This document shows, one piece after another, positions 1-9,225 of a DNA stretch of 64,000 bases (position 1 is the first letter of the stretch; each line of letters starts with the position of its first letter). The stretch is from an uncultured Clostridia bacterium. Lineage in GTDB: Bacteria > Bacillota > Clostridia > TANB77 > CAG-508. Where the stretch lies: positions 1,105 through 65,104 of the forward strand of contig CALXAA010000004.1 of NCBI GenBank assembly GCA_944386165.1, read 5' to 3'. A program made the position numbers and the translations under genes. The notes under the pieces are model-generated. The model ran no database searches and was not told the DNA's origin. It was given only the letters and a program-made list of their open reading frames with translations.

Positions 1-36
1 ATTGCAATTATAAGAAGAGCAAAATATGCAAAATAA
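1..36 (+). CDS. 3-prime end of an unidentified CDS entering from upstream of the window (ends IAIIRRAKYAK-stop)
   Basis: The frame is open from base 1 to TAA at 34-36 and is followed by a perfect hairpin. It is too short to identify. Confidence 0.3.
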   Translation: MAIIRRAKYAK

Positions 37-49
37 AAAATACAAATAT

Positions 50-79
50 GTTGAAGTAGTTAAAATAAACTACTTCAAC
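50..79. terminator. Perfect 12-bp hairpin (GTTGAAGTAGTT / AACTACTTCAAC) between convergent units
   Basis: The inverted repeat was read directly. A- and T-rich runs flank it on both sides, so it could terminate both strands. Confidence 0.6.
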
Positions 80-274
80 AATAACAAAAAAAGTTGATAT
101 ATTAATTTTTATAAATTTTTGTTTCAATATAGAAATTCTAAATTTCCTCAGATTGAATTCAAAATTTATTTGTTAATATATCAACGTTTTTCTATTTTTG
201 AAAAAATAGATTTTATTATATAAAATTATATTATAAGAATTATTACATAGGTTTGGAATTTATTAAAAAAGAAT

Positions 275-499
275 TTAAAATAAATATTGATTAAAAAAAT
301 CATAAATTTCACTTTTATGCACTTCAAAAAAAAGTTTTTTATCTTGTCTTGTACTAAAAATGTATCTTATAAAAATAGTATTTTCTTTTTCAGAAATAAA
401 ATAAATAATTATAATAGCATAATGTAATGATATATTTGCATTATAATCGAATAAATCTAATAAATTATATTTAGCTCTTTGAGTTACGATAACTTTCAT
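275..499 (-). CDS. Short RelE/ParE-family type II toxin-like protein (74 aa)
   Basis: I moved the start to the internal ATG at 499, which is preceded by GGAGG. The N-terminus MKVIVTQRAKYNLLDLFDY and the block IYFISEKENTIFIRYIFSTRQD resemble ParE/RelE toxins. It lies directly downstream of a small acidic-tailed ORF. Confidence 0.5.
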   Translation of the reverse strand: MKVIVTQRAKYNLLDLFDYNANISLHYAIIIIYFISEKENTIFIRYIFSTRQDKKLFFEVHKSEIYDFFNQYLF

Positions 500-521
500 A
501 TCTCGCCTCCATTTCATTTTT

Positions 522-668
522 TTATTCTTCTAATGTACAAACTCTACCATTTCTAATATCATCTTCACTTTCTTGTAGTTCAGCAAAGAAAAATAAATCA
601 TAAATAAAATCATATAGAGTATTATCTTGTGTATTTACTTGACTTAAAGTTTTTTTAAAAAAATCCAT
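522..668 (-). CDS. Putative antitoxin (48 aa)
   Basis: The start is taken at ATG 668, with GGAGG 9 nt upstream. The protein is small, has an acidic C-terminus (ELQESEDDIRNGRV), and lies immediately upstream of the toxin-like ORF. Confidence 0.45.
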   Translation of the reverse strand: MDFFKKTLSQVNTQDNTLYDFIYDLFFFAELQESEDDIRNGRVCTLEE

Positions 669-684
669 TAATATAAACCTCCTT

Positions 685-897
685 TTAAATTGGATTCTTA
701 CCATCTAGTATTTCTTTTAATGTTTCAAAATTTAAATGCTTATTAGTACCAGGAATAATAGTTGTTTCATCTTCACCATATCTTTTTATATATTCCATCA
801 TAAGTTTAAAAACCATTTCTGTTGGTTTTAAACCATCAAAAAAATCATTAGGTACAGAATTAACAATATCTATCATTCGTTGTTTTACATCTGCCAT
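685..897 (-). CDS. Hypothetical small protein (70 aa), first gene of the three-gene minus-strand operon
   Basis: It has a good RBS (AAAGGAGG before the ATG). Its stop region overlaps the RBS of the next gene. I recognise no family. Confidence 0.5.
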   Translation of the reverse strand: MADVKQRMIDIVNSVPNDFFDGLKPTEMVFKLMMEYIKRYGEDETTIIPGTNKHLNFETLKEILDGKNPI

Positions 898-1205
898 ATT
901 TCAACCTCCTTTCATTAAAAATTTCTGAAAATAGTATAACATAAATTCCACAAAAATACTATAATTTATATATAAAAATTTAACAATTATAAATGCGTAA
1001 AACAAAGAATGTCTGAAAATGTGATAATATATGCCAAGATACTTTCTAAAAATATGAATACATATAAAGGAGACCAACTATGAAAAGTCAATAGAAAAAT
1101 GAAAAAAATTTTAAAAAATTTTTGATAGAAAAAAGGTCAATCTTAATAACCGTTTTTATCTAATTTTTAAAAAACGGCTGAATACATTGAAAAATAAATA
1201 TTTAA

Positions 1206-2369
1206 TTAATCTAAGTTAAAGTCGACATTACTCTTTAACATTTTGAAAATTATTCTAACAAGTTTGTGAGCACAATGACCAAGTGCACAATAATGAGTCT
1301 TACCTTGAGAACGCTTTAAATCATAATATTCTTTGAAAGTTCTATTATGTAAGACTAAATTATGTGCAGCATAAACAAGGTTATATCTAAGTAATGAATT
1401 ACCACGTTTAGACATTCTTGTAGAACGTGCTTCAAAATTACCAGATTGATATATAGATGGATCTAAACCAGCATAAGCAAGTAGTTGACATGATTTATTA
1501 AAACGGTTAATATCACCAATAAATCCGTGAATTACAGTTGCTTGATTGTAAGACATTCCAGGAATAGTTAAAAGTTTTGAATCCATTTCATCAAGAATTT
1601 GTTTAGATAATTTCTCGACTTCTTCAATTTGTTCTGTATAAAGTTCAATTTGAAGAATAGCTTGTTTAATTTGTAAAGAAAGAGTTGGATTATCAATACC
1701 AACAGAGTTTTTAGCCAATTCACGTAAGCGAATAGCATCTTGTTTATTGTATCTACCATGAGAATTATCGTGAAGAATATTAGTAAGCTTAGTTAAATGT
1801 AAAGAAGAAATTTGTTTAAGACTTGAATATTCTTTCAATAATTGATATGATACATTTAGATGAAGATTTCCTTTAAAGAATTTATTCAATTCAGGAAATA
1901 ATTGATCTATAAAAGATGCTAATTGAATTTTAGAACGACTTCTCATCACAATTAAATTGTGTCGAAAACGGCTTAAGCCTTTGAGTTTTATGTTGTTGAT
2001 GTCTCTTGTAGTAACAAGATTATAATTATTTAAAGTTAAAGACTTAATAATTATAAAAGTATCAACCTTATCGTTCTTAGTTTTTCTAATGTTAGATTTA
2101 CGTAAGTTGGAAGTTTGGATTGGGTTAATAATCCCAATCTTGTAGTCTAAGTTGAAAAGATAAGAAATGATATTTTCGCCGTAATGAGCAGTTGATTCTA
2201 AACCAATTAGTATCTTTTGTTTATCAAAACTAGAAAGTTTAGAAATAAATTTTTGAAAGCCTTCATTATTATTTTGGAAAGAAAAAGGCTCTAAAAGAAT
2301 TTCTCCATCTGAGTTCATTGCAGAAGCCCAGTGAGTATTTTTAGCAATATCAATTCCAACATAAATCAT
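1206..2369 (-). CDS. IS110-family transposase (387 aa)
   Basis: The N-terminus MIYVGIDIAKNTHW is the typical IS110/IS116/IS902 DEDD motif. The C-terminal region LLAYAGLDPSIYQSGNF...MSKRGNSLLR is the typical transposase_20 block. The RBS AAAGGTGG precedes ATG 2369. Confidence 0.9.
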   Translation of the reverse strand: MIYVGIDIAKNTHWASAMNSDGEILLEPFSFQNNNEGFQKFISKLSSFDKQKILIGLESTAHYGENIISYLFNLDYKIGIINPIQTSNLRKSNIRKTKNDKVDTFIIIKSLTLNNYNLVTTRDINNIKLKGLSRFRHNLIVMRSRSKIQLASFIDQLFPELNKFFKGNLHLNVSYQLLKEYSSLKQISSLHLTKLTNILHDNSHGRYNKQDAIRLRELAKNSVGIDNPTLSLQIKQAILQIELYTEQIEEVEKLSKQILDEMDSKLLTIPGMSYNQATVIHGFIGDINRFNKSCQLLAYAGLDPSIYQSGNFEARSTRMSKRGNSLLRYNLVYAAHNLVLHNRTFKEYYDLKRSQGKTHYCALGHCAHKLVRIIFKMLKSNVDFNLD

Positions 2370-2384
2370 AAAAATTACCACCTT

Positions 2385-2600
2385 TCGAAAATATTAATAA
2401 CTATGACAACCTTCCACATGTGTTCGTCCTCATAAACTTGCGTGACATAAAAACTCATAGATTAAAACTATGGCTTATCCAACCAATAAACAATTAAAAA
2501 CGAAACTGTGGCAGTAAACTCCTTTGAATAGTCAAAGCTATAAAAAATATAAAAAGTCCACAGTTATCACACATAGATTATATTAAATATTAAAAAATAA
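2385..2600 (-). ncRNA. Candidate IS110 bridge-RNA-like structured leader
   Basis: This non-coding stretch lies immediately 5-prime of the transposase. It contains nested inverted repeats: AACTGTGG (2504-2511) pairs with CCACAGTT (2558-2565), enclosing CTTTGA-ATAG-TCAAAG. IS110-group elements are known to encode a bridge RNA in this position. Confidence 0.3.
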
Positions 2601-2625
2601 AGAAAGGAGTCGTATGGTTATTTAA

Positions 2626-2784
2626 GTTATTAAATATATCATACAAGCTTTATATGAAAATATTGTAAGTGATATGCTAGTAAAAGAAGGATATGATTTG
2701 TATTTTTATAGAGATGATAGCAAAAAAATTGAAATGGATTTTATGGTAAGAGATAAAAATTCTTTTCAAAAACACTTGCATTAA
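2626..2784 (+). pseudogene. C-terminal remnant of a DUF4143/AAA_14-type ATPase gene (52 codons)
   Basis: The translation VIKYIIQALYENIVSDMLVKEGYDLYFYRDDSKKIEMDFMVRDKNSF matches the conserved C-terminal block of DUF4143 ATPases (compare the 60288-61599 gene). An in-frame TAA lies directly upstream and there is no N-terminal part. Confidence 0.55.
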
Positions 2785-2804
2785 TTGGAAAAATAGGGTA
2801 TAAT
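2776..2804 (+). promoter_or_regulatory. Sigma-A type promoter of the rimP-nusA-infB operon
   Basis: TTGCAT, 17 nt spacer, TATAAT, read directly. Confidence 0.6.
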
Positions 2805-2829
2805 AATAAAGTACAAAAAAGAGAGCAGA

Positions 2830-2854
2830 AGAGTAGGAGCAAATCCTACTCTTT
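2830..2854 (+). promoter_or_regulatory. Leader hairpin (9-bp perfect stem AGAGTAGGA/TCCTACTCT) with a weak U-tract upstream of rimP
   Basis: It lies between the promoter and the rimP RBS. It may be a weak attenuator. Confidence 0.35.
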
Positions 2855-2881
2855 AAACATACATACAAAAAGGAGCAAAAT

Positions 2882-3343
2882 ATGTCAAAAATCGAAGAAA
2901 AAGTAGAAAACCTACTAAAAGAAAAAATCGAAAGCTTAGGATATAACTTATATGATGTAGAATATGTCAAAGAAGGGCCAAATTACTATTTAAGAATATA
3001 TATAGACAAAGAAACAGGAATAGATCTAAACGACTGTGAAAAAGTAAGTAACGAAATAGACGAACTATTAGACAAAGCAGACTATATAAAAGAACAATAC
3101 TATTTAGAAGTATCATCACCAGGCTTAGAAAGGCAACTTAAAAAAGACCAACACTTTAGTCAAAACATAGGAAAAAAAGTAGAAATAAAACTATTCAAAA
3201 AAGACAACAACGGGAAAAAAGAATATGAAGGAACACTAAAATCATTTAACCAAGAAGAAATAATAATAGAAACAGAAAAAGGAAACCAAATCAATATCGA
3301 AAGAAAAAATATCTCACAAGCAAAAACAAAATATGAATGGTAA
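2882..3343 (+). CDS. rimP: Ribosome maturation factor RimP
   Basis: It shows the pattern LGYNLYDVEY...YLRIYID...LEVSSPGLERQL and sits directly upstream of nusA. Confidence 0.9.
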   Translation: MSKIEEKVENLLKEKIESLGYNLYDVEYVKEGPNYYLRIYIDKETGIDLNDCEKVSNEIDELLDKADYIKEQYYLEVSSPGLERQLKKDQHFSQNIGKKVEIKLFKKDNNGKKEYEGTLKSFNQEEIIIETEKGNQINIERKNISQAKTKYEW

Positions 3344-3371
3344 TAAAAATAAGAAAGGATTGAGAATCAAA

Positions 3372-4508
3372 ATGAAAGCAATAGATAATAAAGAATTAAT
3401 AATAGCTTTAGAACAACTAGAAAAAGAAAAAGGAATAAAAAAGGAGGAACTATTAGAATCAATAAGAACAGCGCTAATTACAGCATACAAAAGAAATTTT
3501 GATGCACTAGAAAATGTTGATGTAAAAATGGATCAAAACACAGGAGAAACACATGTATATTCTGTAAAAGAAGTAATGGAAAGAGCAAATGATGATGCAT
3601 TAGAAATAAGTTTAGAAGATGCAAGAAAAATCAATAAAAACCTAAATATAGGAGATAATGTAGAAGTTGAAATAGTTCCAAGAGATTTTGGAAGAATAGC
3701 AGCCCAAACAGCAAAACAAGTAATAATTCAAAAACTAAGAGAAACAGAAAGAAACATGATATTTAATGAATACAATGAAAGAAAAGGAGAAATAGTAACA
3801 GGCTTAGTTCAAAAGGCAGATAATCATATAGTTGTTTTAGATTTAGGAAGACTAGAAGGAATAATGCTTACAAAAGACCAAATACCAACAGAGCAATACA
3901 AAGTAAATGACAAAATAAAAGCATATGTAGTAGATGTAGAAAGAGGAGAAAAAGGAGTACCACAAGCAATAGTATCAAGAACACATCCTGATTTTGTAAG
4001 AAAACTATTAGAATTCGAAATTCCAGAAATATATGAAGGACTAATAGAAATAAAAAGTATAGCAAGAGATCCTGGTCAAAGATGCAAAGTTGCAGTATAT
4101 TCTCAAAACGAAAATATAGACCCAGTTGGCTCATGTGTAGGTCAAAAAGGAATACGTATACAAAATGTCATAAATGAATTAAATGGAGAAAAAATAGATG
4201 TTATAGAATGGAGTCCAGACACAAGCACATTTTTAGCAGCAGCATTATTACCAGCACAAATAATGGCAGTTGATATTAAAGAAGACCAAAAATTTGCACA
4301 AGTAATAGTTCAAGACAATCAACTATCTTTAGCAATCGGAAAAGCAGGTCAAAATGTAAGATTAGCAGCAAAACTTACAGGATGGAAAATTGATATAAAA
4401 ACAGAAAGTCAATTTAGAGAAATACTTGCCCAAAAGGCAGAAGAAGCTGAAAAGGGAGAAAATTCAGAAAAAGTAGAGAATTCTGAAGAGACAATAGAGA
4501 AAAAATAA
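3372..4508 (+). CDS. nusA: Transcription termination/antitermination factor NusA
   Basis: The N-terminus is NKELIIALEQLEKEKGI. S1 and KH regions are present (VGSCVGQKGIRIQ, LAIGKAGQNVRLA). The internal ATG 3372 is preferred over the listed 3333. Confidence 0.95.
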   Translation: MKAIDNKELIIALEQLEKEKGIKKEELLESIRTALITAYKRNFDALENVDVKMDQNTGETHVYSVKEVMERANDDALEISLEDARKINKNLNIGDNVEVEIVPRDFGRIAAQTAKQVIIQKLRETERNMIFNEYNERKGEIVTGLVQKADNHIVVLDLGRLEGIMLTKDQIPTEQYKVNDKIKAYVVDVERGEKGVPQAIVSRTHPDFVRKLLEFEIPEIYEGLIEIKSIARDPGQRCKVAVYSQNENIDPVGSCVGQKGIRIQNVINELNGEKIDVIEWSPDTSTFLAAALLPAQIMAVDIKEDQKFAQVIVQDNQLSLAIGKAGQNVRLAAKLTGWKIDIKTESQFREILAQKAEEAEKGENSEKVENSEETIEKK

Positions 4509-4545
4509 ATTCAAAACAGTCAAATAATAATTTAGGAGGACAGAA

Positions 4546-4827
4546 TTGAAAAATTTACCACAAAGAAGTTGTGTTATTTGCAGAACACAAAAAAATAAAA
4601 ACGAATTATTAAGAATAGTAAAAAATAAAGATAATATAGTTAAAGTAGATGAAAAAGGAAAAGAAGCAGGAAGAGGAGCATATATTTGTTATAATAAAGA
4701 ATGTTTAGAAAAAGCCAAAAAAAATAAAAAACTAGAAAAAGCGTTAAATACAAAAATTGATGAAGAAATATATATAGAAATAGAAAAAAATATAGAAAAG
4801 AAAAATGGGGGTGATGTTATTGGGTAA
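4546..4827 (+). CDS. ylxR: YlxR/DUF448 RNA-binding protein
   Basis: The protein begins with the motif [19 protein letters not shown]. It uses a TTG start 6 nt after AGGAGG and holds the conserved position between nusA and infB. Confidence 0.85.
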   Translation: MKNLPQRSCVICRTQKNKNELLRIVKNKDNIVKVDEKGKEAGRGAYICYNKECLEKAKKNKKLEKALNTKIDEEIYIEIEKNIEKKNGGDVIG

Positions 4828-7789
4828 AATAAAACTTTATGATATTGCTAAAGAATTAGATATACCAAGCAAAGAACTTGTTGATTTAGTAAATAAATTA
4901 AACATTAATGTTAAAAGTCATTTAAGTTCAGTAAGTGAGGAACAAGCAGAAACAATAAAAAATGAGGCAAAGAAAATATATTCTAAAACAAATAATAGCA
5001 AAAAAGAAGCAAAAAAATCAATTGATTCTAAAGAAAAAGAATCTACTCCAGTAATCATAAGAAGAGAAGTAATAGTAGAAGATGAAGACAAAAAAGCAAA
5101 AGAAGAAGCAAAAAACGCAGAAGAAAAGAAAAATGATGTTGGATTTGTTGAAAGAAAAAATAAAAACTTTAACATTGTTTATAGAAATAAACCATCTAAA
5201 CCAATGACATTTGATGAATTATTTGGAACAAAAAAAGAAGAAAAGCCAGTTCAAAAAGTAGAAGAAAGTAAAAAGGATGTTGAAATGAAACAAGAAACAA
5301 TTATAAAAGAAACAAAACATGAGACAAATCCAAAAGTAGAAATAAGTGAGCCTAAGCAAGAAAGCAAAAAAGAAAATATTGAAAGCAAACCTCAATTTAA
5401 TAACAACAAAGTAATTGAAAAAAATACTGATAGGAATATAGACAGAAATATGGATAGAAATAATAACAGAAATTTTGATAAAAAAGAAAATAGACCTTAT
5501 GAAAAGAATACAAATAACAATTATAGACCATTTAACAAGAATTATAACAATAATGGAAACAATGGAAGACCTTCTTTTGATAAAAACAACAATTCAAAAT
5601 TTCAAAACAAAAACAACCAAAGTAATAACAACAGATTTGATAACAAAAATCATCAAGGTACAGGATTTACAAGCAATAAAAAACCTCTTGACAAAAAAGG
5701 AATTGAAAAAAATATTAAAGATATTATGTCTGTTGAAAGCATTGAAAAGGAACCTGCTAGAGAATACAACAAAGCAATTGACAAACAAAAAGAAAACAAC
5801 AAATTTAATGAAGTTAAGACAAACAAGAAATCCAATAAATCAAGGAAGAGCAACCAAGATGGCGAAATAAATGAACACAAACTAAAAGGCTTAAAAAGAA
5901 CAAATCAATTATCAAATATGTTTGATGACTCTGAAGGCGGAATGTTAGATTATTATGATTTAACAACACAAAGAGGTAAAAAAGGAAAGAAAAAAGCAAA
6001 CAAAGAAGATGAAAACAGAAATAAACAAAAAATCTTCAAACTAGAAGAAATAACAATTCCTGAAAATATTACTGTTAAAGACTTTGCTGCAGAATTAAAG
6101 AAAACAACTGCAGAAGTAATCAAAAAATTGCTTGGATATGGTGTAATGGCAACAATAAACAATGAAATAGATTTTGACACAGCATCACTAATTGCAGATG
6201 AATTTGGAGTAAAAGTAAATAAAAAGGAAACAATAACAGAGGAAGATATTTTATTTGATGAATCTGAAGACAAAGAAGAAGACTTAGAACCACGTCCACC
6301 AGTAGTTGTTGTAATGGGACACGTAGACCATGGAAAAACATCATTATTAGATGCTGTTAAAAAGACAAATGTAATTGAAGGAGAAGCTGGAGGAATTACA
6401 CAACATATTGGTGCATATAAAGTAAAAATTAATGATAGAGAAATTACATTTTTAGACACACCAGGACATGAAGCATTTACAGCAATGAGAGCAAGAGGAG
6501 CACAAATTACAGATATTGCAATACTAGTTGTAGCTGCAAATGATGGAGTAATGCCACAAACTGTTGAAGCTATTAACCATGCTAAATCTGCAGGAATTCC
6601 AATAATTGTTGCAATAAATAAAATAGATTTACCAGATGCTAATATAGATAGGGTAAAACAAGAACTTATGAATTATGAGTTAGTACCAGAAGAATGGGGA
6701 GGAGATACAATATTTGTACCAATTTCAGCTAAAAATCATACAAATATTGATCAATTATTAGAAATGGTACTATTAGAAGCAGATGTATTAGAATTAAAAG
6801 CAAATCCACATAAACAAGCAAAAGGTGTAGTAATTGAAGCAAAACTTGATAAAAATAGAGGTGCAATAGCATCAATACTCGTACAAAGAGGAACACTTGA
6901 TGTGGGAGACACTGTAGTTGTTGGCTCATCAATAGGTAGAATAAGAAGCATGATAGATGAAAAAGGCAAGAAAATAAAGAAAGCTGGTCCATCTACTCCA
7001 GTAGAAATTATGGGATTAACAGAAGTTCCACAAGCAGGAGACACATTCTATGAAGTTAAAGATGAAAAAACAGCAAAACATTTAATAGAAAAGAGAAAAC
7101 GTCAAGAAAGAGAAAAAGCAATAAATGAAGCTTCAAAAGTAACACTAGACAATTTATTCTGTAAAATGGAAGAAGAAAACTTAAAAGTACTGAACTTAAT
7201 AGTAAAAGCAGATGTACAAGGATCTGTTGAAGCACTAAAACAATCTTTAGAAAAATTATCAAATGAAGAGGTAAAAGTAAAAGTTATACATGCAGCTGCT
7301 GGAGCTGTTACAGAAACTGATGTAACACTTGCAAAAGTATCTAATGCAATAATAATTGCATTTAATGTTAGACCAATGCCAAATGCAAAAAATATAGCTG
7401 AAAAAGATGGTATAGAAATAAAACAATATTCAGTTATATATCAAGCAATAGATGATGTTCAATCAGCTATGAAAGGAATGCTTGCACCAAAATACCAAGA
7501 AAAAATTATAGGAAATGCAGAAATTAGACAAACATTTAAAATTTCTAATGTTGGAACAATTGGTGGTGCATATGTATTAGAAGGAAAACTTGAAAGAAAC
7601 GCAGGAGTAAGAGTATTGCGTGATAATATAGTTATTCATGAAGGAAAACTTGCATCACTTAAGAGATTTAAAGATGATGCTAAAGAAGTATCTAAAGGAT
7701 TTGAATGTGGAATTCAAATTGAAAAATATAATGATATCAAAGAAGGAGATATTATTGAAGCATACATTTTAGAAGAAATAAAAAGATAG
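4805..7789 (+). CDS. infB: Translation initiation factor IF-2
   Basis: The G domain shows [22 protein letters not shown] and NKID, and the C-terminal domains are conserved. The start is ambiguous (ATG 4805, ATG 4814 or TTG 4820). A long Asn/Lys-rich low-complexity N-terminal linker is present. Confidence 0.95.
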   Translation: MGVMLLGKIKLYDIAKELDIPSKELVDLVNKLNINVKSHLSSVSEEQAETIKNEAKKIYSKTNNSKKEAKKSIDSKEKESTPVIIRREVIVEDEDKKAKEEAKNAEEKKNDVGFVERKNKNFNIVYRNKPSKPMTFDELFGTKKEEKPVQKVEESKKDVEMKQETIIKETKHETNPKVEISEPKQESKKENIESKPQFNNNKVIEKNTDRNIDRNMDRNNNRNFDKKENRPYEKNTNNNYRPFNKNYNNNGNNGRPSFDKNNNSKFQNKNNQSNNNRFDNKNHQGTGFTSNKKPLDKKGIEKNIKDIMSVESIEKEPAREYNKAIDKQKENNKFNEVKTNKKSNKSRKSNQDGEINEHKLKGLKRTNQLSNMFDDSEGGMLDYYDLTTQRGKKGKKKANKEDENRNKQKIFKLEEITIPENITVKDFAAELKKTTAEVIKKLLGYGVMATINNEIDFDTASLIADEFGVKVNKKETITEEDILFDESEDKEEDLEPRPPVVVVMGHVDHGKTSLLDAVKKTNVIEGEAGGITQHIGAYKVKINDREITFLDTPGHEAFTAMRARGAQITDIAILVVAANDGVMPQTVEAINHAKSAGIPIIVAINKIDLPDANIDRVKQELMNYELVPEEWGGDTIFVPISAKNHTNIDQLLEMVLLEADVLELKANPHKQAKGVVIEAKLDKNRGAIASILVQRGTLDVGDTVVVGSSIGRIRSMIDEKGKKIKKAGPSTPVEIMGLTEVPQAGDTFYEVKDEKTAKHLIEKRKRQEREKAINEASKVTLDNLFCKMEEENLKVLNLIVKADVQGSVEALKQSLEKLSNEEVKVKVIHAAAGAVTETDVTLAKVSNAIIIAFNVRPMPNAKNIAEKDGIEIKQYSVIYQAIDDVQSAMKGMLAPKYQEKIIGNAEIRQTFKISNVGTIGGAYVLEGKLERNAGVRVLRDNIVIHEGKLASLKRFKDDAKEVSKGFECGIQIEKYNDIKEGDIIEAYILEEIKR

Positions 7790-7845
7790 ACGTTTGGAAG
7801 AAAATATCCATTCTCTTTCAAACAAAAGAATGGAGGAATGGAATT

Positions 7846-8202
7846 ATGCCTGGAAAAAATAATAATCGCCAAGGAAGAATAGATGAAGAATTTAGAAAAG
7901 AATTAAGTCAATTAATAAGTTTTGAACTGAAAGAACCAAGTGTTACAGGAATGGTTAGTGTAACAAAAGTTAAAGTTACACCTGACTTAAAATATGCTAA
8001 AGTTTCAGTAAGTGTTTTAAATTCAAAAGATATCAAAGAAACACTTGCAGGACTAAAAAAATCATCAGGATTTTTAAGATCAGAACTTGCCAAAAGAATT
8101 AATTTAAGAAATACTCCAGAACTAGTATTTGAATTAGATGAATCACTAGAATATGGTGCTAGAATAGATAAGATAATAAAAGACTTAAAAAACAAACAAT
8201 AA
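7846..8202 (+). CDS. rbfA: Ribosome-binding factor A
   Basis: The motifs RIDEEFRKELSQLI and LRNTPELVFELD are present, in the conserved position after infB. Confidence 0.9.
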   Translation: MPGKNNNRQGRIDEEFRKELSQLISFELKEPSVTGMVSVTKVKVTPDLKYAKVSVSVLNSKDIKETLAGLKKSSGFLRSELAKRINLRNTPELVFELDESLEYGARIDKIIKDLKNKQ

Positions 8203-8221
8203 GTAATGAGGGGTTGTAAAA

Positions 8222-9190
8222 ATGACTTTAGATAATATATTAGAAGAAATAAAAAAAGCACAAACCATAGTAATATTATGTCATGAATCGCCAGATGGAG
8301 ATGCTGTTGCAAGTTCTCTATCTGTGATGCATGCTGTTAAACAACTTGGTAAAGATGCAGATGTAGTTATCCCAAAATATTCCAAAGTTTTTAACTTTCT
8401 ACCTGGAGCTGACAAAATTAAGGACAAAGGGAGATATGAAAGTTATGATTTAGCAATAGCTGTTGATTGCTCAGACTTAAAAAGACTAGTAGGCGAAGAA
8501 GAATATTTTGAAACAGCTAAAAAGACAATAGAAATAGATCATCATTCAGTAAATTCAATGTTTGCAGATTATAATTATGTAGATCCAGTAGCTCCAGCAT
8601 GTTGTCAAGTCTTAATTGCAATGTTTGAATATTTTGGAATAAACATAGACAAAGAATTAGGAACATGTATTTTAGCAGGAATAATAACAGATACAGGAGG
8701 ATTTCAATGGGGAGGAGTTACTCCTGAAACATTTGAATTTGCAGCAGAATTATTAAGAAAAGGAGTAAATATTTCAAAATTATGTCAACAAGTACTTAGA
8801 AATAAAACAAAAGCACATTGTGAATTTGAAAAATTAATTTATGAAAGAATAGAATTTTACTATAATGGAAAACTTGCAGTTGCATATCTAACATTAGAAG
8901 ATTATCAAAAAATAAGTAAAGATAGTGGTGATGATGAAGGATTAGTTGATATGATAAGAGACATTGAAGGCGTTGAAGTTGCTGTATTATTAAAAGAAAA
9001 AGAAGGAACTGGTGGTTTCAAAGCATCAATGCGTTCTAAAGACCAAGTTAATGTTTCTGATATTGGGCTACTTTTAGGTGGAGGAGGACACCATAATGCA
9101 GCAGGATGTTTTGTACCAGGAACATTAGAACAATCCAAAAACAAAATTGTAAGTTTAATAATACAGGAAATGAATAAATACTCTTTTTAA
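8222..9190 (+). CDS. nrnA: DHH/DHHA1 phosphoesterase (NrnA-type nanoRNase / pAp phosphatase)
   Basis: The motifs HESPDGDAVAS, IEIDHH and GGGGHHNAAG are present. Confidence 0.85.
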   Translation: MTLDNILEEIKKAQTIVILCHESPDGDAVASSLSVMHAVKQLGKDADVVIPKYSKVFNFLPGADKIKDKGRYESYDLAIAVDCSDLKRLVGEEEYFETAKKTIEIDHHSVNSMFADYNYVDPVAPACCQVLIAMFEYFGINIDKELGTCILAGIITDTGGFQWGGVTPETFEFAAELLRKGVNISKLCQQVLRNKTKAHCEFEKLIYERIEFYYNGKLAVAYLTLEDYQKISKDSGDDEGLVDMIRDIEGVEVAVLLKEKEGTGGFKASMRSKDQVNVSDIGLLLGGGGHHNAAGCFVPGTLEQSKNKIVSLIIQEMNKYSF

Positions 9191-9225
9191 GGTTTTATCA
9201 ATAAATTAGAAAGAAGTAAAACTAT

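Larger units (their letters stand above)
1130..2625 (-). mobile_element. IS110-family insertion sequence (boundaries approximate)
   Basis: It holds a single DEDD-type transposase ORF with a non-coding leader of about 250 nt upstream and a hairpin (CCGTTTTT/AAAAACGG near 1150-1180) downstream. The upstream edge coincides with the 5-prime truncation point of a DUF4143 gene remnant at 2626. Confidence 0.6.

Noticed and set aside
2677-2970. A 97-aa minus-strand ORF overlapping the rimP promoter, leader and start.
   Set aside because: It overlaps the well-supported rimP start and the DUF4143 remnant on the other strand. Its sequence is Phe/Ser/Ile-rich low complexity and it has no RBS.
5400-5700. 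Tandem [16 protein letters not shown] codon repeats and the Asn-rich tract in the IF-2 N-terminal region, plus the alternative-frame ORF at 5475-5870.
   Set aside because: This is low-complexity linker expansion typical of IF-2 N-termini in very AT-rich genomes. The alternative frame is a by-product. I see no independent element.
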